Shown here one piece after another: positions 1-22,658 of a stretch of 64,000 nt of DNA. Numbering within the stretch: position 1 is the stretch's first letter; every line of letters begins with the position of its first letter. The stretch spans positions 20,606,210-20,670,209 of the forward strand of contig NC_134030.1 of assembly GCF_964204645.1 (NCBI RefSeq). Reading direction: 5' to 3'. The DNA comes from Tubulanus polymorphus (Eukaryota; Animalia; Nemertea). The notes under the pieces are model-generated. The model saw only the letters and a program-made list of their open reading frames with translations, ran no database searches and had not been told where the DNA came from. Made by a program: the position numbers and the translations under genes.

Positions 1-924
1 ATTAGAATGATAACGCGGAAAACTGTGAGTCACAGTCAGTTAAACTATTTAAAAAAACTCTATTTATAATCGCTCTTCCCCGGCATATGATTTTACTTAC
101 CCACTCTGTCAGCAGTTTCGTGATAAATGTTCAATTATAATTCGGCCGGAACAATATTGAAATTGCATCGATTTCTCGCGAAAACACATGTTTTGACTGC
201 AAATATGAATGAAGCGTTTTAGCACTTAATTTGAATAAATATTCCCTAGGTGCGGTTGGGTGGATGACTGTTAAAATAATTGTTACATATGAAAGCCCTG
301 AAGTATGGAAGCCCTAAACGACCGATTGCGAAATCACCACGTCTTATGTTTTACGAATTACGAGCTTTAGGTGTTTAACGATTGACCACTAAAAGCTGGG
401 TTCATTTAATCGCGAGGGGTCAAGGTTGTTGTCAAAATGGCGTGTGTAATTCGTCATTCGTAAAACGTAACCCGTAATTCCCGACGTGGCTTCAGCATGG
501 AAGCCCTGAAACAATACGTGTTCGGAATTTCATATGATACATTATTGATTGTAGTTGTAGCAAAAGATTACCCGATTTTACGGTTTTACTCATCGTCACC
601 CGTCAAGGGATTCGAACCCACTACGCTAAAGCTGTTCGCCGAACCCCTTGACCTCACGAGTCGTTGGAGTCGTTACTAGCCGACCAGAATCCGGTCGTAC
701 CAATCACAGCGCTTGTAACAAATGACATGAGGCTTCTGTTGGTTATCCCGTTAAATGGACCAATCAGCGAACGTTTTACCGAACAAGGAAGTATTTCGCA
801 AATCGATATATGTCGTCATGCGCAACTGCGCCAGTAATGAAATCACGCTTCGTGGGGCCAGGGAGCTGGTGGAAGCGAGTTCGGGAGTGATACCGGACCC
901 CTGGCAAGGGAGGATGGGTTTTAC

Positions 925-1212
925 TACTGATCGTCCACACTTCACATGTGTTCAGTGCTTCACGAGAGACATTTCTAATTGAAAATGAACTACAAAAACC
1001 AATTCTATCAGCAAAATTACAAAACTGATCGTCTAAGCTTCACACTTAATGACAACATAACTTCACCTACAGATATGTTTAAATGAAAATGAACAGCAAA
1101 CACCAAACATTCGACATTTCATCAGCAAAATTTCAAACAACACATGATATGTGTTCAATACTTTGCCTACTGACATTTTCAATTGAAAACGAACTGCAAA
1201 CACCAGACCAAT
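925..1212 (+). repeat. Degenerate copies of the 109-bp satellite
   Basis: Contains ctgatcgtccacacttcacatgtgttcagtgcttcac...aattgaaaatgaactacaaa, matching the arrays at 26905-27545 and 31228-32108. Confidence 0.8.
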
Positions 1213-2274
1213 AACAATATGAAAGCCTCATATAATTGCATGGAACATCTGTCCAGAATACAAACAATATTTCGAGTTTAATTAACTATATTTGCGGTTC
1301 ATGAGTGTTCTATGGACACGAATATACACATATCTAAACCACATATATTTTGCGAGAAATCAATAAACCGCAATAATAATTGGAATTACGGATGAACACT
1401 CCTATTGTAAAACTGATAATCGTGGATTTATTCTTTATCTATTTTATTTAGAAGGGACCTCACAAAACTACGGGCCGTTTCGCATAAGCAATCCGTAGGG
1501 AACAGGGAATAGCTGTATACATTCTCCTTTTTATTACCATGAGTTCACAGAAATGGATAGATTAAGATTATCATCGGGTAAGATGACAACCGACTTCAAT
1601 GACATTGATATCAACAAATACAAGCAAATGAGAAAAATGTTACGAAGAGCGAAACATATCCCGGAATCTAACCACACGCCCGACCGCTAGATCCGTTGTG
1701 TAACGTCGCCTTAGTAATTTCGATCCTATATAGAAGACACGTGTCGGCGCATTTTCGTGAAACGACATGTAACATTGCCGAAAGTCTTACCAGTTTTTTT
1801 TTTTGTTTCCAGAAACGTGTTTCCGTAGTGGTCGAATTTGAGTTGTGACGATGTCTACCATGACGAGAATTACCCGCTTACAATAAAAATCCTGGCTGTA
1901 AGAACATACATATTTAATATGACCGTACGACCGACACTATTGAAAACTATGACGAAAAATGTCCGTAAGCCTTTAGAAATAAAACAGAAACCCGTTAGAA
2001 AAAGGAATGTAAAATTCGAACGGAGCCCGGCTTCGATCACGCGAACCCCCCTGCCCTGCCACCTCCTACCGTATCCCCAACAAAGCGGTTTCAATTTTAG
2101 AATTTATTTTCCACGAATCTTTTTTTTTACATTGGCGCCGTATGAAATTTAGGATCGCCGATGTCAATTCCGGAAATTGGGTGAGAATTCCTCGCGGCGA
2201 CCAGTTATGGCACGGACCGTAAAAGCGTTCGGGGGTAGATGAGGTAGCCAGACAGCCTTTGCCCTTTCAAATAT

Positions 2275-2463
2275 AATTTTTTCGAAACACCCTCAACCCG
2301 CTAAGCACCACGCAGGGCATTATAAGCGAGTTCGATCTTTCATTTTCCCAATGGGGAGAGACCAGAGAAGAACCTTCGACCAAGAAACTTTGTCGGGTTT
2401 GAACCCATAAACCGCTGATTGACGAAACTGCTGATTGACGATACCAATGACCGGCGGCTTAAA
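2275..2463 (-). mobile_element. 5'-truncated tRNA-derived SINE with 13-bp target-site duplication
   Basis: Similar to the fuller copy at 38320-38487. Flanked by CCCTTTCAAATAT at 2262-2274 and 2464-2476. The paralogous empty site is present at about 5030-5060. Confidence 0.75.
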
Positions 2464-3465
2464 CCCTTTCAAATATCTTCTTTCAATTACCTACATAAAT
2501 AAATCATTGCTGCTTTTAAAAGAAATTATCAATTCACGACTGCGTTTTGTATCGTTACTGAATCTAAAAGCCTTGGGCGATGTATGTATTTCTTTCGTTA
2601 CGGGATAAAAGGAATCAGCCTTCGAAAAACATTGTTAGGACTCAATTTGCGGCTTAAGTCAATATTTAGATTGTGAATTATATATCTGTAACGATTGACA
2701 ATTTTCAATAGATCAAAATTGTTGCGCAAAGCTCGATTGTAACAAAATGAGCGAACCGGTTATCAATTAACGAACCTGGTGTATTTTTGCAAAGAAAAAG
2801 GTTTTTTAAGTAGAGTGTTACCGTGTGATTTACCTGCGAAGACGTTCCAACAACGCTCGAAGGCAAGACCGATATCAATACGAACAGCATATAGGTTTTA
2901 GGCTGATTTTAGTCCCAATTTGTGAACTCTATGATGTTCATTGCGTTGAATTTAGCTCATGGCTATGAAGATGAGGCATCTTATCAGGTTTGAGTATAAA
3001 TCAGCCTGATACATAGATTCACATTCGAATGCAGTAATAGCCACTTGCTCTTGACGGTGAATGTGACGTGTATGATGTATTCGCACAGGAACGCGTCATT
3101 GAAATTTCGAAAAATAATACTTTAGGAGTGGCTAATCTATATGATTTTTTTCTTGGTCTATATTATGAAATGGTAAATAGACAATATTAGAATAATTCGA
3201 CTTTAAGATATCGAACTAGTTTCTCGGGAAACCCGGCAGTGAATTTCTTGTTTCATGAACGAGACAAGTTCGATATTTAGATTAGATCCGCAAACAGTAT
3301 AATTAACGTCATTTGAACTATGCGGCTCACGTGACTGCCTTGTCAAAAACCGTTCCATATTACGACCGTTTCGCAAACGAAAACTGGACGTCAAAAACGT
3401 AGCATCGAAAAGAGTAACTTTGTTCATTTAAATCAAAAGTATCGATCCATCAAATCGGTGGCGAT

Positions 3466-12616
<9,151 letters not shown>

Positions 12617-13186
12617 GGTTTTTTTATTTTTCTAGTACTCGCTTCCCGCGGCGTTTTCACTCTATTTACAAATTCAAAGCCGCCCCGCTTTTTTGCTTAA
12701 TAAATATTTTCTTATGCTTTTTTTCAAAAGCACGCTGTACCGCGTAGCAGCTCGTCGTTCTCTGTACTAGGTGGTTGACTCACGACTTCTCATGCTTCTG
12801 CGAATGAGACCGTGAAATGGCCCCGAAACGCATCTCCGGCGATTGAATTTTCAAAGATTTTTTTGAAATAAGCCTCGCCACTGAAAAATTCCTTCCGACG
12901 GCTATGAAATTTCAAATGTTAGCAATTTTAATGACGACATATCTCTCGATAAAATGAATTATGTGTTTATAATTTCATCGGTTGTATGTCTCATCCGTCT
13001 AGCGGGACACTGGGCGTCATATATACGAACCTTTGTTCATGTGTCCGTCCTACCTTACATAAACCATCTTTTGACTTGAAAATGATACAGTAGATGAATT
13101 TGTTCAATATAATTTCTATATACTTGTTATATACTTTATATACTTATATAACCTGTTCTCACCCCCTGTTTTTAGTCTATATCTCC

Positions 13187-13226
13187 CACCTGACGATGAT
13201 CTCTAGCGTGAGATCGAAACGTCGTG
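13187..13226 (+). ncRNA. Minimal type I hammerhead ribozyme motif at the 5' end of a family A element (13187-13345); a further core lies on the minus strand at about 13371-13410
   Basis: cac-CTGACGA-t-gatctc/tagcgt/gagatc-GAAACGTC-gtg gives the conserved core, stem II, stem I cac/gtg and a palindromic ACGT helix III. Confidence 0.7.
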
Positions 13227-15585
13227 TATTCTATATATTTTAGATTGAATAAATAAAATCTTGTTTTTAAATTCTTTTAATCTGTAAATAGTGGGTTTTT
13301 ATCTTATTATCCGTTCACCACGTTTGAGTGTGGTTACGTTCTGTTTTATATACTTATTTAACTAAATTGACACGATGTTTCGAACCCTCACCAGAGATCA
13401 TCGTCAGCTGCGTGGGAATTACTTAAAAACCTTCGGTGGTAAATGATGTAATGAGATTCTACTGAGTGTTCAAGCTTGAAAATATGTATTATGTATTATG
13501 CATTATGTATTATGTATTATGAATTTATGTATTTATATGGAGCACGGATTCCGCCTCCTACAATCCTGCAAACATCAACAAATTCAAAAAAAACAAGTTT
13601 TTTTGTTATGCCCCTCTAGATTCTCAAGCTAGTAACTTGTAGAAGTTATGTTCATCTTAATTCCAAACTCGTGATTTGCAAAAAAAAAGTAAATTTTAAT
13701 TTCTACAGCCCTTCCGATTTCGTATGTGCTAAATACTCAAATGATAAAGAAAAATTGTTTTTCCTGTTCCCTCGCCCTCTCAAGATCCGTGCTCCAAGTA
13801 GTTAAATAAATGCCTGGGTAGATTTCCTTATTTATTATTATTTATTCTGTATTTGCTATGGTGAAATGTAAGAGTATATCATAAGAGTGTATCAGATATT
13901 CTAACGCTTGAAGCCTTTGAGACTGACACTGATTGTAAATCGCCGATAAAGCACTATTAGCAATATTATTATAAATCGAATTTATTCTGTTCCTGGGCCG
14001 CTGTTGATACTAGAAGTACTTCTAAATCCATACATTAAAATAACAATAATGGACAACAAACCAAGTGAAAGTAGCCGAATAAACTGAGCAGTCATTTCCT
14101 TATAAGAATGAAACATAATTTGTGTTCTCTCCACTAGTATATGCAGAACCTGGTTGACATTTACGATCGAGCTTAAATCCACTTTTCGTCGCAAACAAAT
14201 CGTCAATGAGTTTCAAGACTTATAGACCGGTCGGCGATAACAATAAAAGCCTCCGGCCGAAGTTATAATGCGTTTGTAATGATAATAATATTTTATTTCC
14301 ACAAGAAATTGTAAAAAATTTTATATTTATAAAGGATGTTCCAATATCGGTTTACGGATTTCGAAACCAATAACGAAGCTCAGCAGCTGAAGACAGATAG
14401 ACATACAGACACAGACACATTCGACAGACTCAAAACAGTGTATGATATTGCGCTGGACCCAGGCAACCGAATTATTTTTTTCTATTTTAGAAACAAAAAA
14501 AAAATAAATTGTTGATAGTGTGAAATCGACACGCTAGCTGGACCGTGATGATATTTTGTTTTGCTTTATGAATTGAATACCACGACCAGCAAATGATGCA
14601 GATTATGAGACTTGTTGCTCATCCCTTAATTATCCTATTCTATTCTCTCTGAAATCCTTATAGCTAGAAAATGGTTTTTTTTTTTTAATTTATACGACCG
14701 GATTTTCACCCACTGCCGATCCTAAAGTTATGCTGTCAATAATCGAAGAAGTGCTCGAATTTCTAAATTCGGCTGTTATCTGACAGTAATCATCAGGTGG
14801 AATGAGCATTCCACCTGCTGACGGTTGTTCGACTTAACTATGCTTTCAATATTTCAACATTCTAAATTACTTCTTCGATAGAAAAAATTGTTCGTTCGTG
14901 TCGCGAATATATCATTCGGCGTATATGGTTGTATTTATGTTGCAGTTTTCATTCATGGTTGTTGTATCATATCAATCCATATAATTCGTGTGATAACCCC
15001 TTTTCAGTACTGTACAGGTTGTTTACCAGATTCTATCCAATAGTTGTACAGATTTGACACAATGTGATCTCAATATCATTTCTATGAACGTATGGGCACG
15101 TCATTCTAACAATCTGAAGTATTTCCGCCGTATAGTTTGGTAAATGGAATTAACTGAAAAATGGACAACATCGCACGAGTGACTTCGGATCCTCTTGAAA
15201 TATCAACACTGGCCATTCAGAGCCGTCCACGCCCCTTCACCGCTTTTATGCAGCGCCGATGACAAATGACACCGATCGAGCGACTTAGTACTCCGTGTAG
15301 GTCAATATCAATAAAACCTAAGCCTTAGACACGCCCGAAACACGAAATTCAAATGAAATATCTGGAACACAAAGAAAAAAAAGATTAGCTTAAAAATGGT
15401 TTTAGATAGATAGATAGATTTTGACTTGATTTTGGATTTTGACTGAGTGACCTACTCATTCATACGCAAAGCCCTATTATTCATGTGGATTATCGAAGAT
15501 CATTGAGGAACTATTACTTAATCACCTCGATACAATACTTTCTACAGGCCTTAACACGACTCGTAGCCAACGAGTTGAGGCCCTA

Positions 15586-17001
15586 ATGATCATTTTAAGT
15601 CTAAGCTCTGCCATTGCTGTTGACTCTGCTCAAACCTTCAATATGACTGCTGCTGCTGCTGATACTTCGGAAAGTTGGTTCAGTTCGTTTCGCAGGTCGA
15701 AACTTCTCGTCAAAATCATCACGTTCGTCGCCTTGTTGCTGCATACTTTGACGTCGTCGACGCTCGTGCCTCTTCTACCGCCCATGCTGGTTAAAATCGG
15801 GAGAACTCCGACCGGCGGCAACGCTTCATCTTTCGATTCGTTCGGCGCTAGCGACATCTACGCGCGCAACCTTACGGTAATTAGTAACTTTTCGGGCGCG
15901 TTGGGCTACATCGTTTCGGCGCGATGGATCGCCGATTTTCTATTCACGATAGTGACCGGGTTTCTAGTGGATAGATTCGGTAACCGGTGGCCCATGCTAG
16001 TCGGGGTACTGTTCAACATGGCCTCTATTTTCGGATACGCGTTTGTTCCGAATATCGCGAGTCTGATCGTATGCCGCATTTTACAGGGAATCGGCGCCAG
16101 TTTGACTTACGTGTCCAGTTTAGCGCTGATAAGCGAAACTTTTCAAGACGATTCCGAACGAAATAAGGCGCTAAGCCAAGTTTTTCTCGGATATACTGTC
16201 GGGCTACTACTAGGTTACGCAGTCGGGCCTATACTGTTCAGATTCACTAATTTGATGGTGCCGTTTTTATTACTAGGCGTGCTCGCTTCCGTCGACGGAC
16301 TTCTGAGAATACTAAAACCAGCCGATGACACTAATACGCGTCAAGATGCCAAAAATGTGAAAATTTCAAAATATTGCGTCATTTTATTTGAACCATACAT
16401 CCTGGCCGGTTTGATTTGTAATCTTTCGTTGTTTTTCGGACTCGGTATTTACCTAGCTACGGGCGCTGATTGGATGATTTACCAACTGCGAGCCGACATG
16501 TGGAAAATTGGACTAGTTTTATTTATTAGTTTGTTGTTTATGATATTAGGTGACCTACTCGCCGGTTGGTACAGTTTAAAGCACCAGTGGGTGTGGCTTA
16601 TTATAGCCTTGTGGTTATACGCATCTGGTATGGCGATCTACCCGGCATGCACTTCGATATGGCACGTGATCGGGACGGAAGGACTAGCCCGACTCGGAAT
16701 AGGTATAGGACTGTGTTGCATCAATTCGCTTCTTGCCCGTGTAACCGATCTACGATTCGGTAGCGCCACCTATGGAGTGACGTTCGGGCTGTTCGCGGCT
16801 ACTGTCGACTTTGGGTTCATATTAGGGTCACTTTTTGGTGGATTTTTGGTCGACATAATGACATTCGCCTGGCTGTACCGAGCCGAGGCTATTTTCGTAT
16901 TTTTGGCGTCTTTCAGCGCTTTAATCTATCGTAAGATGCCCGCAGCAGTAAAAGATAAAGGAGAATATGAGAAATTCCCAGCTGGCGAGAATTACGACTA
17001 G
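15586..17001 (+). CDS. SLC18A (VMAT/VAChT)-like MFS vesicular transporter, 471 aa, single coding exon
   Basis: About 12 hydrophobic segments. MFS motif A GFLVDRFGNR, RILQGIGA, LALISETFQDDSERNKAL and DLRFGSATYG align with SLC18A signature regions. Confidence 0.88.
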   Translation: MIILSLSSAIAVDSAQTFNMTAAAADTSESWFSSFRRSKLLVKIITFVALLLHTLTSSTLVPLLPPMLVKIGRTPTGGNASSFDSFGASDIYARNLTVISNFSGALGYIVSARWIADFLFTIVTGFLVDRFGNRWPMLVGVLFNMASIFGYAFVPNIASLIVCRILQGIGASLTYVSSLALISETFQDDSERNKALSQVFLGYTVGLLLGYAVGPILFRFTNLMVPFLLLGVLASVDGLLRILKPADDTNTRQDAKNVKISKYCVILFEPYILAGLICNLSLFFGLGIYLATGADWMIYQLRADMWKIGLVLFISLLFMILGDLLAGWYSLKHQWVWLIIALWLYASGMAIYPACTSIWHVIGTEGLARLGIGIGLCCINSLLARVTDLRFGSATYGVTFGLFAATVDFGFILGSLFGGFLVDIMTFAWLYRAEAIFVFLASFSALIYRKMPAAVKDKGEYEKFPAGENYD

Positions 17002-17429
17002 AACCACGTCACAAACGTTATCATTCACCTAGTGCTGGTGTGGCAAGTGAGGATCCACCAGGTGTCGCTAGTGTACAGTAAAATATTACTTACTGCGTCA
17101 CAAACGTTATCATTCACCTACCTTCATTATCAGTAAAAAAACCTATACCACCTTATTGAGTTTGTAATAATGTTTTTTTACAACTTTTTACGAATAAATT
17201 CTTGTACGAGAACAGACTGATCCATATTCTAAACGTACACTGAAAATGAGTTATTCTTGCTGATAACTAAATCGGAGGAAATGTCTGACCTTGAACTACT
17301 TAAGATAGAGACTCAGAAAAGAGTCGGAGTCGGAGTCGAATTCTGCGAATAATTTTTTTGAAGAATCGTTAATTCTATTCATAATCAAGTAGCTCAACGT
17401 CAGACGTTTCCTCCAATTAAAACATAATG

Positions 17430-17665
17430 TCTCTACGATGCCATCAGGTTCGAATCCCTGCGAGTGAGGAACGTGGAAGAGTCTCACGATGTCATCAGGT
17501 TCGAATCCCAGCGAGTGAGGAATGTGGCAGAGTCTTGCGATGTCATCAGGTTCGAATCCCTGCCGAGGGAGGAAACGGTAGAGTCTCGCGATGTCATCAG
17601 GTTCGAATCCCCGCGAGGAAGGAACATGGCAGAGTCTCGCGATGTCATCAGGTTCAATTCCCTAC
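17430..17665 (+). repeat. 51-bp tandem repeat (about 4.5 units) containing a Pol III B-box-like motif
   Basis: Unit gtctcacgatgtcatcaGGTTCGAATCCcagcgagtgaggaatgtggcaga, related to the arms of the MITE at 46096-46442. Confidence 0.85.
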
Positions 17666-17974
17666 AAATAACGCACGTCTGCCGTCGGTTTTATCTCATC
17701 GATAATATTTAATTTCATCGTTTACTTAAACTGATAGGAAACACAAACACAAAACCCGGTATTGTAGAATACAGTTGTTGTTTTTTCATTGGCGGGAAGC
17801 ATCAAGATAACTCGTTCTTGCATTTGCAGGTGACGACGCATGGTTACATCAGCTACATACCGTTTGCATTCAACAATTTCGACGTCGTTACCTTAACAAT
17901 CGAATCATCGGGATCTCAGGGCCAGGAATCACCGAGACTTACCTTTATTTTCTTGAAAATCATATACAGACCAC

Positions 17975-18684
17975 ATGGGAGCGGAATTGCTGGTTCTCTC
18001 GTTAGTTATAATCGGTAGGTATACCGACCAGTCATATTTAATTTAGGGGCCTAAAGATATTCTTAACGATTTATTGTTGTAATGATAATCGGTCCTGGAA
18101 ACGGAGTCGGAGTACAGGGAGCCTATTTGTTTTTCTTCAACAATCTCAGCAGAAATTTCCATTCAAGCCCAGAATCGAAGTGAGCACCTTCAAAGCTTAT
18201 TTAAATCAAGTTCATATAAGTTGGTCCGATGATACTGGTTCAAGTTCGGAATATTCCATAAACCAGCCCTGCAGGGTTCTAGTTAGAAATAAATAGTCTA
18301 TAAAACCAGCCCCTGCAGGGTTCTAGTTAGAAATAAATAATCTATAAAACCAGCCCCTGCAGGGTTCTAGTTAGAAATAAATAGTCTATAAAACCAGCCC
18401 CTGCAGGGTTCTAGTTAGAAATAAATAGTCTATAAAACCAGCCCCTGCAGGGTTCTAGTTAGAAATAAATAGTCTATAAAACCAGCCCCTGCAGGGTTCT
18501 GGTTAGAAATAAATAGTCTATAAAACCAGCCCCTGCAGGGTTCTAGTTAGAAATAAATAGTCTATAAAACCAGCCCCTGCAGAATTAAAGTTAAATGTCA
18601 CCCTGATATAAAACGCATATTTTATTTATATCGAACAGTTCATAATATTTCACAGCTCTACTACATATTAATAATAATAATGAC

Positions 18685-18730
<46 letters not shown>

Positions 18731-20866
18731 TAATGTATTATAACTTATGACTATAGTTTCAATATGTGCTTTATCGTTATCAACATGTCAGACTACTCAA
18801 TATGTATTCAAAGTAATTAGCTATAGTCAGTGGTCATCGATAATTAATTAATGTCTCTCAAACAATATGTCACTAGGTGTTAGTTTGTGAGTCCTAATGT
18901 CTACAACTTGTCTGACACATAGTTCTCACATTATACTCATGATTCTGTATATAAAGACTATGTAAAGTTATGATAATCATTCTCATTCCGGGATGCAATA
19001 AAGATTGTACATATAAGGTTTAACTGCCTCGTTGTTCCTGATGGATGGAATCCTGTACCGCTGGTGTAAATGCTAGTTCCCCAGCCAGCCCGCCGATACA
19101 ACAACCAGCCGGTTACATAAAACTGGTTTATAAAACCAGCGTCTGCATGGTTTAAGTTGATATTGTATATCAGCCCAATCAAGGTTACAATCAAAATTTC
19201 AAAATTTACAATTAGATTCGGGGCGTGGTTTAAAGATCAACCAACCTCAAAACCAAAACCTCTGGGGTGATAGATAGAAGATCTAGAAAACCACCTATTG
19301 CGGTTTGATCTGAATCTGACCCGAAAACCGACCGTTTGGTCGATGGTAAACCCTCTAAATAAAACCAGTCGCGGACTTCAAATCAAAATCGATCAATATG
19401 ACCAGTCTATGTAGGGTTTTAATTCGGAAAGTGGCCCGGTGTTTTAGGCGCAGGCCTTTCGGTGGTGACGGCGACGATTACGTGTAAAAGATACGACTTG
19501 ACGACTTGTTACGAGGTGCGCGAGAACGTACTCGATTGGGACAAAGCCGAGAAAGACTGCGAGAAAGATGGCGGATACCTGGCCGTTATACCCGACGACG
19601 ATCGCCAGGGTTCGTATAGTCATCTGTTTCATCATCAGAATTTATTGTTGTTTTTTTTTTTTATTATCTAAATCTAAATCAGTATATCAGTCTTCGTTTT
19701 TTTTCGCAAAATATTCCTCCAGACATTACGACAAAGTTGTGATCAAATCTCCTATCACTTCTGCGCCGGGAATCACTTTTATTTCCAGTCGCATTTGCGC
19801 ATATTTTTTTTTCTTTCTCGATTGAATTTCGTGGCCGGTATCCTACAAAGCCATCCTCAATCCTCTTATTGGATCGGTTTGAAGAAAAATTACAACGCCA
19901 GATTCGAATGGGTGAACGGGGACGAATCGAAATACAGGTATTAGCATTATTGCCATAGGTCGATTGGAATCGGCCACTGGCAGTCTAGGGGTGTCGCAGT
20001 ATTCTGCAATGACCGAAATTACGAAAAACATATTTTCGCACAACCGGGAATTCTTGTTACAGATCCACTTCTTAGGGCGCTACAGCGATCCTACAAAACG
20101 CTCATATTAGCACCGGTTAGATTTCTACCCTTGACTATCGACGTTCCTCGTAGTTCTTATTTCAAATATCTGCCCTACCCGTTACGCCATTTTACTTTCG
20201 ACCGATTGACCGACGGGTTGAAACGCCATCTGACGGAATAACTGATGAAATAGCCGTATAAGTAATGAAATCGGAACTGATATTCATACGAACATTTTCT
20301 GATGAATGAAATACGGAATAAACGATCCAACAATAATCCATCCTTACAAGAATTATTGCGGGGATTTCACGCATTTATTCATAGTATACACGGATAATGC
20401 GTTAATCTCTTCCCGGACTCAAAATACGGAAGCCTGTTGGTGAAATACGAGTTTCTTTTCGACGATTCCTGAAGACGACTATTAGGATATAGTCGAAACG
20501 TTGAAGTAAACTACTATCTCGAAGTTTCATTTTCGGAGTTTTTATTATCATTGTTGGATTCTCTCTACATCGCGTCAACACGGATATAGTGTTCTACCAA
20601 TCGTGAATACGCCGAAATCTCATATGTCACTGCCAGGCTTCCGTACTGACTTGCTAACTTTCCAGCGAATTCCGGAAGTGTCCGTTCATTTTTTTTTCAG
20701 AAATTGGCGTGACAATGCCGACCTGGAAATGATTTCGCGGTCACACGCCTACATATACAACGGCGTACTGGAAAACAACCAGTGTACCTGGGACGCCATC
20801 GACCCGGAATATCACCAGACTTTCTACATCTGCGAATTCAAGAATGGAATTCTGAACGTGCAATAA
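17975..20866 (+). CDS. Secreted single-domain C-type lectin-like protein; exons 17975-18014, 19448-19609, about 19826/19851-19937, 20701-20866
   Basis: Signal MGAELLVLSLVIIGAGLSVVTA, then CYEV..LDWDKAEKDCEKDGGYLAVI, YWIGL, FEWVNGD..YRNW and FYICEF. The exon 3 acceptor is ambiguous. Confidence 0.78.
18259..18582 (+). repeat. 44-bp minisatellite, about 7.3 near-identical units
   Basis: Unit aaaaccagcccctgcagggttctagttagaaataaatagtctat; ctgcag recurs every 44 bp. Confidence 0.95.
18669..18734. repeat. (AAT)n microsatellite
   Basis: Direct observation. Confidence 0.95.
20466..20505 (+). ncRNA. Minimal hammerhead ribozyme motif
   Basis: ttc-CTGAAGA-c-gactat/tagg/at-atagtc-GAAACGTT-gaa, followed by a degenerate family B tail (acacggatatagtgt). 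Confidence 0.6.
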
Positions 20867-21334
20867 AATTCCAAATTGTTCGCCGTATACAATTGTTACT
20901 ATATCTTCTCGTGTGGGAATTTTTGTATTTAATACGAATGGCAGGAGGGGAATAATTTATTATATGTATTTGCCTTTTAATTTCTAAATCAATTGAGATT
21001 TTGATACGTATCCGAGGAAGAAAGGCGAAAAATGACCCATAGAACTATTTACCTGTTATGAAACTAGTAGTAAGAGCTACCAGAAAATGTTTGGTATACA
21101 AAGATTGGGCATTGTAACAGAGTAATATGTGCCCGAAATCTGAAGGTCGAATTTAGGCCACGTATTTATTTACATAACCTAGTCGAACATTGCCTGTACG
21201 TACTTCCTATGAGCAGTAGAGAATATAAACGACTGTAAGACAACAGCGGAGTATACAGTTTCAACGGAAAGTCAAATGAAGAAATCCCACACTCCGAATT
21301 TAAAATTATACGATCAAATTTATTATTATGAAAC

Positions 21335-21375
21335 GACAACGTTTCGGCTGTTGACTAACAGCCGTCTTCAGGTGG
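21335..21375 (-). ncRNA. Minimal hammerhead ribozyme motif (family B-like)
   Basis: Minus strand reads ccac-CTGAAGA-c-ggctgtt/agtc/aacagcc-GAAACGTT-gtcg. Confidence 0.6.
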
Positions 21376-22658
21376 AATGACCAGAAAAACAAGGAACTTG
21401 TTTTTCTGGTCATTTTAACAGCGGAAAACTACGTGCGTATCCCCGGGCCTCTAAAGATTGGTTTTTGTAGTAAACTCAATCTTGTTCGACCTTTGTGTCG
21501 TTCGTTCACTGCACACACTTAGTCAAACGAATTCAATAACTTCTTTACTACATTTAGAGTAAATGAGAAAATTATTCAGAAAAAGAACATCGGGATTCGA
21601 GACCCCGACGTCAACGAAGATGAGCAGACCTTATCATCTAAACTCCGTGAGCAAGTATATTCTTTATGAATGAGTTATATTTTTTCCATAACCAAAACAT
21701 ATCGTTACGATGCATTTAAATATTTGACACGATTGCAAATAGTATTGATTAGAAGCGAAAATATTCGATCATTCTCATTGACAGCTCTTCGAGCAAATAG
21801 CGGGTAGCCTATTGGAGCATTTGTTATCGTTCCATTTACCAGTTGTGCGAACCATTTCCACACAACCTTCATACTGATTGCCTCCTCCATTATTCGGTTC
21901 GTCGGTACCCCAGTTAGTGTAACCCTGGAATGAACCACATCAAAATCTGATAGCGATAACCATGATTTGATCATTCGCCACGAAATGAATTCTTCGCGTG
22001 ACACGATTTTTTTTCACGTTTTTGAAACTAAGCCTTAACGTATCCTATCTCGGACTTTAACTAATGGATGCGGTATTTTCGGAGGACGATTGTCGGCCAA
22101 TATTTGAAAAGATGTATTGTTGGCCCGCTCAAAGTCTGGTCTCAAAAAAGGTGTATTCAATTATATCTGACCTTTTTCATCGTGGTCTTATATCCAAGCC
22201 ATACTGTGTTGTGCTGTTTGGGTATAAGTCCTACAAACGAACGTACGTTATATATATATTTATCAGATTAACTCCGGCCGAACTGTGTGTTATTGTGGAC
22301 AGCCATCGCCGCCAAAATGACATGAAAGTCGTCATGTGGAGGATAAATATAGTGAAATATAATGTCGTAACGTGGAGGACAACCTCGAGACGTGTAGGAT
22401 CAACTCACGTCATCGTGGATAAACCTTCCAAGCCACCAGGTGGCGTGCTAGTCGGTTAGAACTAATTTCGGTGGAAATGCGCTGCGCATTTTTTCTAAGG
22501 TGGAGCGGAGGTAATTTAGCATAAGGCCACGTAGAGAAATACCCTTGTTTCTCGCCAGCCCTTTTTGGGAAAGTGACGAGGGCGGCAGGTTTTTACTTTT
22601 ACCCCCTTTGCTAAAATAGAAGAAACATAAATTCAGGTGTTAACGACATTTAATTCGA

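Noticed and set aside
21705-22459. ORFs of 99-131 aa
   Set aside because: No recognisable motifs, splice structure or signal peptide.
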